A stretch of 64,000 nt of DNA from Oscillospiraceae bacterium (GCA_015068555.1 SVKI01000001.1:21093-85092), one strand, 5' to 3'. Shown: positions 18,713-27,088, counted from the stretch's first letter. The notes: generated from the sequence alone by a model not told the origin. Numbers and translations are program-made.

Positions 18713-19831
18713 ATGAGGATTACAAAACACGGTATTATTTATTCAGGTGAACATGAACCTATGTTATCAAGTTGTGCGTTTCCCGGCATTTGTCAGCTTC
18801 ATGATGGGACTATGATGGCTAGCTTTAAGGGTGCCGAAACAAAGGGGCCTTACAATAAGACGGACCGGGCAATGTTTTGCATTTCTACAGATAATGGAGA
18901 GAACTGGAGTGAACCGAGGGCGTTTTTTGAACCACCTGTTGTTGATGGAAAGCCGACCACGATTCGTACCGGATATTTTGTAGAGGTTACACCCGGACAT
19001 GTTATGGCTGTTATAAACGCCGTGGATGCCACGATGGAGGATCTACCTTATTATAATGAGGAAACTGAGGGTTTGAAAGACACCTACATCATGGTTGCAC
19101 ATTCTTTGGATGGTGGTGCAAACTGGTCGGATTTGGAAAGAATACAGGTAAGTACATTCTATGATATGCCTTTGCCGTTGACAGGTGCTCCGTTTGTGAC
19201 TAAGGAGGGCAGAGTCGGCATTCAGTTTGAGGTGAACAAGCCTTATTATGAGACGGCTTATTGGGTGCATCATAGCTGTGCGGTATTCTCTGATGACGGT
19301 GGTTATACCTGGGGAGATGAAGTGGTGATTACGGATTGCCCCACGGTATATTATTGGGATCAGAGGCTTGATACTTTAGCGGATGGCACGGTTACGGATA
19401 TTTTTTGGACATTCGACAGAGATAAGGGTGATTATGTAAATATTCACTATTGTGAAAGCCAAGATGGTGGTCGCACCTTTGGAGATCTGATTGATACCGG
19501 TTTAGTTGGTCAGCCGGGCAATGTGATAGACGGTTTTAACGGAGAAATTTTAGCTGTTTATATTAACCGTGACAGTGTGCCGGAGATCAGACTGGCACAG
19601 AGCCTTGACCATGGCAAAACCTGGGCTGATGTGATGACGGTTTATACCTATGGGAAAGACACAAAAGGCAAGAAGAACGCAGGTATGAATGATGTGTGGA
19701 GTGAGATGGCAGCTTTCTCGATAGGACATCCCTATATGGAACGCATGCAAGACGGCAGCATCTGGGTTTATTTTTACAGCGGTCCTTCTATACACAGAAC
19801 GGATTTTCATTTCATTAAGATTGAACAATAG
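18713..19831 (+). CDS. Cytoplasmic Asp-box (BNR) six-bladed propeller protein, sialidase-like fold; catalytic status doubtful
   Basis: Five Asp-boxes are present: STDNGENWS, SLDGGANWS, SDDGGYTWG, SQDGGRTFG and SLDHGKTWA. There is no signal peptide. The position of the sialidase FRIP motif reads AFPGI, so the arginine is absent. Confidence 0.7.
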   Translation: MRITKHGIIYSGEHEPMLSSCAFPGICQLHDGTMMASFKGAETKGPYNKTDRAMFCISTDNGENWSEPRAFFEPPVVDGKPTTIRTGYFVEVTPGHVMAVINAVDATMEDLPYYNEETEGLKDTYIMVAHSLDGGANWSDLERIQVSTFYDMPLPLTGAPFVTKEGRVGIQFEVNKPYYETAYWVHHSCAVFSDDGGYTWGDEVVITDCPTVYYWDQRLDTLADGTVTDIFWTFDRDKGDYVNIHYCESQDGGRTFGDLIDTGLVGQPGNVIDGFNGEILAVYINRDSVPEIRLAQSLDHGKTWADVMTVYTYGKDTKGKKNAGMNDVWSEMAAFSIGHPYMERMQDGSIWVYFYSGPSIHRTDFHFIKIEQ

Positions 19832-19842
19832 GGAGGAAACTC

Positions 19843-21405
19843 ATGTATATCAATATCGGCAACAGGCGAGAGGTTTTATGGGATGATTTTTTGGTGGATA
19901 CTGAAAAAACAACAGCAAAACTGACACTGCATAAACCGACTAAGAAGGAACAAGTTTATACCTTTGATAAATTTTGGGAAGCAAAAGGTGTGAGTTATTT
20001 CAGCTATATCAAATGGCAGGGAGAGTATTACGTTTATTATACCTGCGGCATTCCCGGTGATGAACAATTTAAGCAAGCCAATGACGTTAATAAAGAAATC
20101 AGCAGTATGCGCGGTTTGTGCCTTATGAAGGGACCGGACTTATTCCACTTGGAACGTTATAATGTCGGCATGTTTGAGGTGAACGGAAGCCGTGAAAACA
20201 ATTTGATTAAGTTGCGGAGAAAAGACGGCACCTTTGAGGAGGAACTGGACAACTTTTTTGTATTTTTAGATGAAAACCCCGATTGTCCGCCGGATGAAAA
20301 AATTAAGGGTATTGCGCAAACGGTGAATCATGAAAAAATATTCCCGGGTTTTCGTGAACTTTGGTGCTACACATCGGGAGATGGCATAAACTTTAAATTG
20401 GGTTGGAAGCTATCCGGTGCTGATGAACCCTTTGCGGGTTTGTTTGACTCGGAAAACACGGCGCATTATGATAAAGAAGCCGGCGTTTACAGAATGTATG
20501 TACGCGGATTGCATTTGGATTATGGTCCGGCGGTTACTGCTAACGAAGATGGCTTGGTGTTAAAGCACATGGAAAAATCTCTGGCGACAGATGGCATTCG
20601 TGATATTCGGTACATGGAGTCGAAGGACTTTAAAACATGGACTGTGCCTCAACGCATTTCTTACAGTGATGCAGATGATTATCCTTTGTACACAAATGGC
20701 ATCAAGCGCTATGAACGTGCGCCGCATATGTATATTGGTACCGCTACACGATATACCGAGCGCAAGAGATGGACAGCCAATTATGATCAGTTGGGTGGTT
20801 CGGAAAATGTTGCCTGGAGAAAAGACAGAATGGCTATTGGACCTCGTATTGGTTTGGCGATTACGGATGCTGTGTTTATGTGTTCGCGCGATGGCTTACA
20901 GTGGACGAGATTTCCTGAGGCCTTTATGGGCGGAGAACCGGAGAGTGCATACAACTGGCTTTATGGCGACGTTTACCTGATGTATAATTTGACAGAGACG
21001 CCTTGTGAGGCGCCCAGCACGGAGACGGAACTTTCGATTTTTGCAGAAGAACATGTGCAGAAAACCTGTAAAGCACTACGTCGCTATACATTGCGTTTGG
21101 ATGGATTTGCTTCGTATCATGCTGACTACGATGTGAAGACTTTAGAAACCAAACCCATCATTTATGATGGACAGGAGCTTTCGATTAACTTCTCGACTTC
21201 TGCAATTGGCTTTGTGTATGTTGACATTTTAGATGAGTCTGGTAAGCCGATTGACGGTTATCATAGCTGTGAACTTTTTGGCAATACCACCGACAGAACT
21301 GTTTACTTTGGTGATGGTAAGGATGTTTCGGCACTTAGCGGCAGACCGGTTAAACTGCGGTTTACTATGCGTGATGCGGATATCTATTCTTATATTTTCA
21401 GATAA
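19843..21405 (+). CDS. Uncharacterized cytoplasmic protein, paralog B of 17138-18700
   Basis: RBS GGGAGGAAAC. Same 520-aa length as paralog A, at a constant offset of 2705 nt. The last ~180 nt are near-identical to the paralog A 3' end. Confidence 0.4.
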   Translation: MYINIGNRREVLWDDFLVDTEKTTAKLTLHKPTKKEQVYTFDKFWEAKGVSYFSYIKWQGEYYVYYTCGIPGDEQFKQANDVNKEISSMRGLCLMKGPDLFHLERYNVGMFEVNGSRENNLIKLRRKDGTFEEELDNFFVFLDENPDCPPDEKIKGIAQTVNHEKIFPGFRELWCYTSGDGINFKLGWKLSGADEPFAGLFDSENTAHYDKEAGVYRMYVRGLHLDYGPAVTANEDGLVLKHMEKSLATDGIRDIRYMESKDFKTWTVPQRISYSDADDYPLYTNGIKRYERAPHMYIGTATRYTERKRWTANYDQLGGSENVAWRKDRMAIGPRIGLAITDAVFMCSRDGLQWTRFPEAFMGGEPESAYNWLYGDVYLMYNLTETPCEAPSTETELSIFAEEHVQKTCKALRRYTLRLDGFASYHADYDVKTLETKPIIYDGQELSINFSTSAIGFVYVDILDESGKPIDGYHSCELFGNTTDRTVYFGDGKDVSALSGRPVKLRFTMRDADIYSYIFR

Positions 21406-21441
21406 GATAGGTGTACGATTGTGCACGTTTTGTGAATAATT

Positions 21442-21470
21442 TTGCATTGTTTTTGCTTGTATTTTAGTAT
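21442..21470 (+). promoter_or_regulatory. Sigma-A-type promoter candidate for the isomerase-like gene
   Basis: TTGCAT (21442-21447), a 17-nt spacer, then TAGTAT (21465-21470). Confidence 0.45.
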
Positions 21471-21516
21471 ACGATAGAAGCACCCTAAAATGTAGATAAA
21501 GAAAGGAATGAACAAT

Positions 21517-22335
21517 ATGGAATTTGGCGTTATTGTTGGTACCCGTGAAGACGAATTTAAGAGGGTTGCCGATCTTGGCATTCCTACCATTCAGATGTGG
21601 ATTTATTGTACTCCTGATAATTTGACTCCTGAGCATATTGAAAGAGTTAAGGAATATCGTGAAAAGTATAATATCAGACTTTCAGCATCCTGGTGCCGTT
21701 GGCCGGGTAATGTGACCTGGAACCTATGTGAAGGACAGCAGACTTTGGGTTTAGTGCCGATTGCTACAAGAGCAGAACGCATTCAGTCGATGAAACTTGG
21801 TGCAGACTTTTCTAAGGAACTGGGTATTACAGATGTTATTACACATGTAGGCTTTATTCCGGAAAATCCGATGACCACAGAGTATTTACAGCTTGTAACG
21901 GATTTACGTGAACTGGCTGAGCATTTAAAGGCTAATGGTCAGTACTTCCTGTTTGAGACAGGTCAGGAAACACCGGTAACCCTGCTTCGCATGATTGAAG
22001 ACATCGGAACAGGCAACCTGGGTGTTAACCTTGACCCGGCTAACCTTTACAGATATGGTAAGGGTAACCCGATTGACGCACTGGACGTTTTCGGAAAGTA
22101 TGTTCGCGGCGTACATATTAAAGATGCAACTTCTCCGACAGAAGGCAGAACACTTGGTCTTGAACTACCGATTGGTGAAGGTGATGTAAACTTCCCTGTA
22201 TTCTTAGACAAACTGAAGAATAAGGTTGGTTATGACGGCGTATTGACTCTTGAACGCGAAATTGAAGGAGAACGTCAGACAATTGAGCTGGAAGCTGCAA
22301 AATCCTTTATTCAGGGTATTTGGGATTCCATCTAA
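21517..22335 (+). CDS. Sugar phosphate isomerase/epimerase (xylose-isomerase-like TIM barrel, AP_endonuc_2 type)
   Basis: MEFGVIVGT... with the typical pattern ITHVGFIPE..., YFLFETGQET, NLGVNLDPANL, HIKDA and LTLEREIEGE. ATG 21517 is better spaced from AAGGA than the track start at 21508. Confidence 0.7.
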   Translation: MEFGVIVGTREDEFKRVADLGIPTIQMWIYCTPDNLTPEHIERVKEYREKYNIRLSASWCRWPGNVTWNLCEGQQTLGLVPIATRAERIQSMKLGADFSKELGITDVITHVGFIPENPMTTEYLQLVTDLRELAEHLKANGQYFLFETGQETPVTLLRMIEDIGTGNLGVNLDPANLYRYGKGNPIDALDVFGKYVRGVHIKDATSPTEGRTLGLELPIGEGDVNFPVFLDKLKNKVGYDGVLTLEREIEGERQTIELEAAKSFIQGIWDSI

Positions 22336-22342
22336 GGAGTAT

Positions 22343-22609
22343 ACAAAAAAAGACAGAGCGCATATGCGGAATATTCTTAAGGACACAAAACCCCTTGATT
22401 TCTATGAAATCAAGGGGTTTTTCAGGCTCCCTTGTGTAATACCCCTTCGGGGCACGCGAGGGAGCAGTCAAATTTTTGATTTGACTGAGGGATTGTAGTT
22501 GACAACCCTTCCGACAAAACCTATGGTTTTGCCACCTTCCCTTACACAGGGAAGGCTATATCTCTGTCCTTAAAGACACTCAGCATACGCGCTCTGTCTT
22601 TTTTTTGTT
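22343..22609. repeat. About 265-bp hairpin-rich intergenic element bounded by ~45-bp imperfect terminal inverted repeats (MITE-like or structured RNA)
   Basis: The left end AAAAAAAGACAGAGCGCATATGC...TTAAGGACA matches the reverse complement of the right end (TGTCCTTAA...GCATACGCGCTCTGTCTTTTTTT). Internal perfect hairpins include CCCCTTGATTTC-tatg-GAAATCAAGGGG, GTCAAAT-ttttg-ATTTGAC and CCTTCCC-ttacaca-GGGAAGG. Confidence 0.6.
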
Positions 22610-22621
22610 CTGGCGTTTTGT

Positions 22622-23257
22622 TTATAGATTTGTTTTGCGGGAGACTGCAAGTGTTTTATAGATAATAGGTGCCAGCAAAACTGTGATAAGGATTTCCGGC
22701 ACCATATAAAGTCCGTTATAAAAGATAGAATAAATAAGTGCCAGTCCCGTTCCGGAGAAGGTATTCATAATCGTGCTTCCTATGGTATAGAACCCATCCT
22801 GGGTAAAAAACCATTCAGCCCAGCTGCCGAAAAAGACAGCACCGGAAATGATATGCAGGATGTAGCGCAGAAGAGGCGCTAGGCATGCACCGAGAGTCAT
22901 AGCGGTTAAACCGTTTTTGACTCTTTTTTTAAATATGCCGCCAAAGCCTAAGACTGTGTAGGCGAGGATGTAATCAATCAAACAAATTAAGATGGCAGCA
23001 AACAGGTTCATCTGGCTTTCGCCGGGCAGGAAAAAGGCGGACACGGTTTTCAGACCGAGCAAAAGCTGTAAAAGACTGAAAATAAAGGCGGAAAACAGGC
23101 CCCAGCGCGTGCCGTAGCAATAGGCGATGACAATGATGGGTAACATGGACCCGATTGTGATGCCGCCGCCAAAAGGCAACTGTAAGGGTTGAAAAATGGA
23201 CAGGACTGTGCCAATAGCAATGAGCATGGCTGTGGTGACAAGGCGTTTTGTTTTCAT
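22622..23257 (-). CDS. thiT: ECF-transporter S component for thiamine (ThiT-like)
   Basis: ATG at 23257 follows the RBS GGAGAAATCACC. It is a multi-TM protein starting MKTKRLVTTAMLIAIGTVLS and containing LRYILHIISGAVFFGSWAEW. A TPP riboswitch lies directly upstream. The track ORF start at 23380 would run through the riboswitch terminator and is rejected. Confidence 0.75.
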   Translation of the reverse strand: MKTKRLVTTAMLIAIGTVLSIFQPLQLPFGGGITIGSMLPIIVIAYCYGTRWGLFSAFIFSLLQLLLGLKTVSAFFLPGESQMNLFAAILICLIDYILAYTVLGFGGIFKKRVKNGLTAMTLGACLAPLLRYILHIISGAVFFGSWAEWFFTQDGFYTIGSTIMNTFSGTGLALIYSIFYNGLYMVPEILITVLLAPIIYKTLAVSRKTNL

Positions 23258-23299
23258 GGTGATTTCTCCGTTTTTTAGGGGTGGCGCATCTGATTCCTT

Positions 23300-23345
23300 G
23301 CAAAAAAAAGCAGAAATTGCGTGGGGCAATTTCTGCTTTTTTTTG
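23300..23345 (-). terminator. Intrinsic terminator acting as the expression platform of the TPP riboswitch
   Basis: The minus strand reads AAAAAAAAGCAGAAATTGC-cccac-GCAATTTCTGCTTTTTTTT, between the aptamer and the thiT RBS. Confidence 0.8.
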
Positions 23346-23349
23346 CAAT

Positions 23350-23432
23350 GTGAAATATTCCCTACGTTGGCATTACCCAAATCAGGTTGCGGGTCGAATA
23401 TAATTCCTCTCAGTCTTGCGACTCCCCGATAC
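23350..23432 (-). promoter_or_regulatory. TPP (THI-box) riboswitch aptamer
   Basis: The minus strand reads TATCGGGGAGTCGCAAGACTGAGAGGAATTATATTCGACCCGCAACCTGATTTGGGTAATGCCAACGTAGGGAA. It contains the conserved CUGAGA, ACCUGAU and GGUAAUGCC..CGUAGGGAA blocks. Confidence 0.9.
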
Positions 23433-23449
23433 TTATTTAACTTGGCTAT

Positions 23450-23478
23450 AGTATATCATACTTGCCTTGCAATGTCAA
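23450..23478 (-). promoter_or_regulatory. Sigma-A promoter for the riboswitch-thiT transcript
   Basis: On the minus strand: TTGACA (23478-23473), a 17-nt spacer, then TATACT (23455-23450), about 20 nt upstream of the aptamer. Confidence 0.7.
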
Positions 23479-23618
23479 GCCTTGCAAAAAACAACAAAGG
23501 TTTTGTTTTTGGGGTAAAACGGTGTAGGTTTCTATGCGATAACTATACAATTTTGATGTTTTGCATTTTGGGAAATTTTTTTTTGCTATACTGTCAGCGC
23601 GATGAGGGAGGTGATAGC

Positions 23619-25073
23619 GTGCAAGGTACAGGCAGTAATTTAGGGCATTATGTAATGGAGCTTTTGGCAAGACCGGTTATGGAGCTTGATGAACAAGACG
23701 CAAGTCAAGGTGGAGAAGACAGCGAGATGAATATAGCGCGGGCGTTGGTGAAAAAGGCAAGTGCAGGGGATCTACAGGCTATCAAAGAGATTAGAAGCCT
23801 GACTGAAAATTTGGGGATTCAGGAAAAACAAGAATTTCAGATGCCGGCTAAGATGCTTGCTGAACCGTATCTTTCCGTATGGCGTGACATCAAAAACAGG
23901 ATGCATACAGAATATGTTTTATACGGCGGACGTGGTAGTGCGAAATCGACCTTTATCAGCCTGATGATTGTAGACCTTTTACTTTCGAATCCTACGCTTC
24001 ATGCGGTTTTATGCAGGCGCGTTAAAGACACCTTACGGGATAGTGTTTATGCACAGATGAAGTGGGCTATTGCAGAGCTCGGGTACGAGGCGGAATTTGA
24101 GTGTCGTGTGAATCCTATGGAGATTATTTACAAGCCAACAGGGCAGAAAATCTATTTTCGAGGCGCGGATGATCCGGCAAAATTAAAATCCATTAAGGTG
24201 CCCTTTGGTTATATCGGCATTTTATGGTTTGAGGAGCTTGACCAGTTTTGTGGGGAGGAGGAAATCAGAAGTATTGAGCAATCGGTGATACGCGGTGGTG
24301 ACGAGGCCTACATTTTTAAATCCTTTAATCCCCCCAAAACAGCAGGCAATTGGGCAAATCAATATGTGTTATTGCCTAAGGAGAACCGGTTGGTAAAAAA
24401 AACAACCTATCTGGAGATTCCGCCGGAATGGTTAGGCAGGGTGTTTTTAGAGGAAGCAGAGCATTTGCGGGAAACAAATCCCCTGGCGTATGAACACGAA
24501 TACGAAGGGGTGGCAAATGGCGCCGGTGGGAACGTGTTTACCAATTTGACTGTTAGGGAAATTACGGATGCAGAAATTAACAGCTTTGACAGAATATATA
24601 ATGGCATTGACTGGGGCTGGTATCCGGATCCGTTTCGATTTCATCGGATGGCACATCTGGCTTCTGAAAGAAAGTTGTTTATTTTTGACGAGGTGAGCGG
24701 TAATAAATTGCCAAACCGAGAGATTGCAAATCTTTTGCGACAAAAGGGAATTGGACAGACAGATAAAATTACGGCTGATTCAGGCGGGGAAGGATTAAAA
24801 TCAATTGCAGATCTCAGGGAGATGGGCTTCTCTGTTCGTAGGGCAAAAAAGGGGCCGGGAAGCGTTGACTATTCGATGAAATGGCTTTCTTCACTACAGG
24901 AGATTATTATTGACCCGAAGCGATGTCCGGAGGCGTCAAAAGAGTTTATGCACTATGAATATGAGATGACAGAAAGTGGTGCGGTGGTGAGCGGATATCC
25001 GGACCGTGACAACCATTCCATTGATGCTGTGCGGTATGCATTAGAGGAAGTTTGGAGGAGAAGAGGAAAATGA
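23619..25073 (+). CDS. Phage terminase large subunit (PBSX-type) with an unusually long N-terminal extension
   Basis: GTG at 23619 lies 8 nt after GGGAGG. The Walker A motif reads VLYGGRGSAKST, and a C-terminal nuclease-like region reads DNHSIDAVRYALEE. The track ORF from 23196 is an antisense read-through across thiT and the riboswitch. Confidence 0.85.
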   Translation: MQGTGSNLGHYVMELLARPVMELDEQDASQGGEDSEMNIARALVKKASAGDLQAIKEIRSLTENLGIQEKQEFQMPAKMLAEPYLSVWRDIKNRMHTEYVLYGGRGSAKSTFISLMIVDLLLSNPTLHAVLCRRVKDTLRDSVYAQMKWAIAELGYEAEFECRVNPMEIIYKPTGQKIYFRGADDPAKLKSIKVPFGYIGILWFEELDQFCGEEEIRSIEQSVIRGGDEAYIFKSFNPPKTAGNWANQYVLLPKENRLVKKTTYLEIPPEWLGRVFLEEAEHLRETNPLAYEHEYEGVANGAGGNVFTNLTVREITDAEINSFDRIYNGIDWGWYPDPFRFHRMAHLASERKLFIFDEVSGNKLPNREIANLLRQKGIGQTDKITADSGGEGLKSIADLREMGFSVRRAKKGPGSVDYSMKWLSSLQEIIIDPKRCPEASKEFMHYEYEMTESGAVVSGYPDRDNHSIDAVRYALEEVWRRRGK

Positions 25074-26422
25074 TGGAATTAGAAACAAGTTACGCAATGA
25101 TGATGCAAAGCATTGAAAAAGTTCTTGGGAAAAAGGTTTTGGTATCTGACAAGATGAAAGATGCAATGATTCTGTGGGATAAGCTCTACAGATGTCAGGC
25201 ACCATGGCAAAAGGAAGAAGTGAAGAGCTTGTGTTTGGCGCCTACAGTGGTAAGTGAATTGGCCTGTCAGACAACGCTGGATTTTTCTTCTGTTATTTCC
25301 GGCAGCGAGCGCGCAGATTACCTAAATGAAAGTGTGTATCAGGAAACACTTGCAGATATCAGACAATGTGTGGAATACGCGTGTGCCTGTGGGGGATTGG
25401 TTTTTAAGCCCTATGTAGATAATGGCAAGCTTGCTGTTGAATATGTGCGTGCCAATGCGTTTTTTCCTATAGAGGTAGATTGTCGCGGGAAAATTATTTC
25501 TGCTGTCTTCACAGAGCAAAGAAGAAAAGGACTTCGATTGTTTACAAGGCTGGAGGTACACACGTTAGAAAAAGAAGGCGTTCGCACTCGAAATCTTGTT
25601 TTAGAAGGCGGGGCGTTTGTAGGCGGCGGTCGTCTAACTACCTTGCGCGAAGTGGAGGAATGGGCAGACCTTGCGGAAGAGGTTCTGCTTACCGGTGTCA
25701 AACAGCCACTGTTTTCATACCTTAAGATGCCGATAGCCAATACGGTTGATCCACAGTCGGCGCTCGGTGTTTCCATCTATTCACGAGCCGTTGGGCTTAT
25801 GGAGGAGGCAGATTTGCAGTTTTCGCGCTTATTGTGGGAATATGAAGGTGGCGAACTGGCCGTTGATGCAAGCGTGGATGCCCTGTTGATGGAAAATGGC
25901 GATATAAAGATGCCGGGATTAAAAAAACGTTTATTCCGGGCGTTGGATGTGGACACAGGCGGTGGTGATCTTTACAGTGTGTTTGCACCGCCGCTCAGAG
26001 ACGAATCCTATTTGAACGGATTGATGGAACTACTTATGCGAGTGGAAGATTTATGCGGTCTTGCACGCGGTACCTTTTCCAATTTAAATGGGTCTGCCAG
26101 GACGGCTACAGAGTTGAATATTCTCAGGCAGAGATCGTATTCCACGGTAACAGATATTCAAAAAGCCGTAGAAAGATCCTTACGTGACCTGGTTAAGGCT
26201 TTGGAAACAATGGCAACTGTTTTTGATCTTGTGCCGGAAGGACATTGTGATATTACCTTTTCCTTTGATGATAGCGTTGTGACAGACAGGGCATCTCAGT
26301 TTGAAGAAATGCAGCTTTTGGTATCACAGGGAATTCTGGATAAGTGGGAATTACGCAGTTGGTATTTAGGTGAAACGGAAGAACAGGCGAAAAAGAATTT
26401 GCCTGTTATAGAAAAAGAATAA
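25070..26422 (+). CDS. Phage portal protein (SPP1 gp6-like)
   Basis: An ATGA overlap joins it to the terminase stop, with RBS GGAGGAG. Its size (~450 aa) and position directly after the terminase fit a portal. The segment SLCLAPTVVSELACQTTLDF is typical of portals in Firmicute siphophages. Confidence 0.7.
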   Translation: MMELETSYAMMMQSIEKVLGKKVLVSDKMKDAMILWDKLYRCQAPWQKEEVKSLCLAPTVVSELACQTTLDFSSVISGSERADYLNESVYQETLADIRQCVEYACACGGLVFKPYVDNGKLAVEYVRANAFFPIEVDCRGKIISAVFTEQRRKGLRLFTRLEVHTLEKEGVRTRNLVLEGGAFVGGGRLTTLREVEEWADLAEEVLLTGVKQPLFSYLKMPIANTVDPQSALGVSIYSRAVGLMEEADLQFSRLLWEYEGGELAVDASVDALLMENGDIKMPGLKKRLFRALDVDTGGGDLYSVFAPPLRDESYLNGLMELLMRVEDLCGLARGTFSNLNGSARTATELNILRQRSYSTVTDIQKAVERSLRDLVKALETMATVFDLVPEGHCDITFSFDDSVVTDRASQFEEMQLLVSQGILDKWELRSWYLGETEEQAKKNLPVIEKE

Positions 26423-26554
26423 AGAAAATGTGCCTCTTGTCTTTGGGCAAAAGACGTTAAACAGGCCCACATGCCGCCTGTGTCGGCGGCTTAAAAATAG
26501 ACGGTGTTTTACGGAGCGGCCGGCCGAGAGACATCAGAATAGAAAGGAGACGTA

Positions 26555-27088
26555 ATGATTGAGCTGATTAAGGAGTTATTTGGTGAGGAAGTAACAGAAG
26601 AAAAAGTTTTAAAGCTACAAGAAATGCTCGAACAAAACTATGTATCACGCGCTGATTTTGAAAAGCTGCAGTCCGAATTCACAGATATGAAAACGCAGCA
26701 TGCTACAGAATTGGCAGAGAAAGAAGAGCAGGCAGACCAAGAAAAATTTATGATCCTGCTACAGCATGCCTTAGAAAAGGCAGGTGCAAAGAATCAGAAA
26801 GCTGTTTTAGCTCTGCTATCTATGGAAGGCTTGCGTTATGAAAACGGACAGATCAAAGGTCTTTTAGAACAGCTGGAGGAATTAAAGCGTGAAAACGGTT
26901 ACTTGTTTGAGGAAAAAGCCGGTTTTGTACAGTTTGTGCGTCCGGGGTCTTCCAGTCGTTCAGAGATTACAGAGGAAGATTTCAGAAATATGAGCTACAT
27001 GGAAAAGTTAAAGCTCAAAAAGGAACAACCGGCTTTGTATCAGGAATTTATAAAAAAAACAGGAGGTAAATCATGTCGACTTATTTAA
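26555..27088 (+). CDS. Phage scaffolding protein (GP20-like coiled coil)
   Basis: RBS AAAGGAGA. The 177-aa protein is strongly charged and helical, and lies between the portal and capsid genes. Confidence 0.6.
   Translation: MIELIKELFGEEVTEEKVLKLQEMLEQNYVSRADFEKLQSEFTDMKTQHATELAEKEEQADQEKFMILLQHALEKAGAKNQKAVLALLSMEGLRYENGQIKGLLEQLEELKRENGYLFEEKAGFVQFVRPGSSSRSEITEEDFRNMSYMEKLKLKKEQPALYQEFIKKTGGKSCRLI

Noticed and set aside
18713-19831. Calling the Asp-box proteins (this one and 3272-4933) exo-alpha-sialidases.
   Set aside because: Asp-boxes are structural, not catalytic. The FRIP arginine position is substituted in both (FPGI, QGIP), and both lack secretion signals. They are therefore described only as sialidase-fold proteins.
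22250-22498. The 82-aa plus-strand ORF that overlaps the end of the isomerase gene and runs into the repeat element.
   Set aside because: It is out of frame with a well-supported gene, and its remainder lies in inverted-repeat DNA. There are no translation signals.
23196-23618. The 5' 141 codons of the 625-aa track ORF, which would extend the terminase across thiT and the TPP riboswitch.
   Set aside because: This part is antisense to a well-supported gene, riboswitch and promoter, and has no RBS. A GTG with a strong GGGAGG RBS at 23619 gives a sensible terminase start.
26423-26554. Hairpins (GTCTTT/AAAGAC and GCCGCC/GGCGGC) between the portal and scaffold genes, considered as a regulatory RNA or terminator.
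   Set aside because: The stems are short (6 bp) with no following T-run. The evidence is not sufficient to call a feature.
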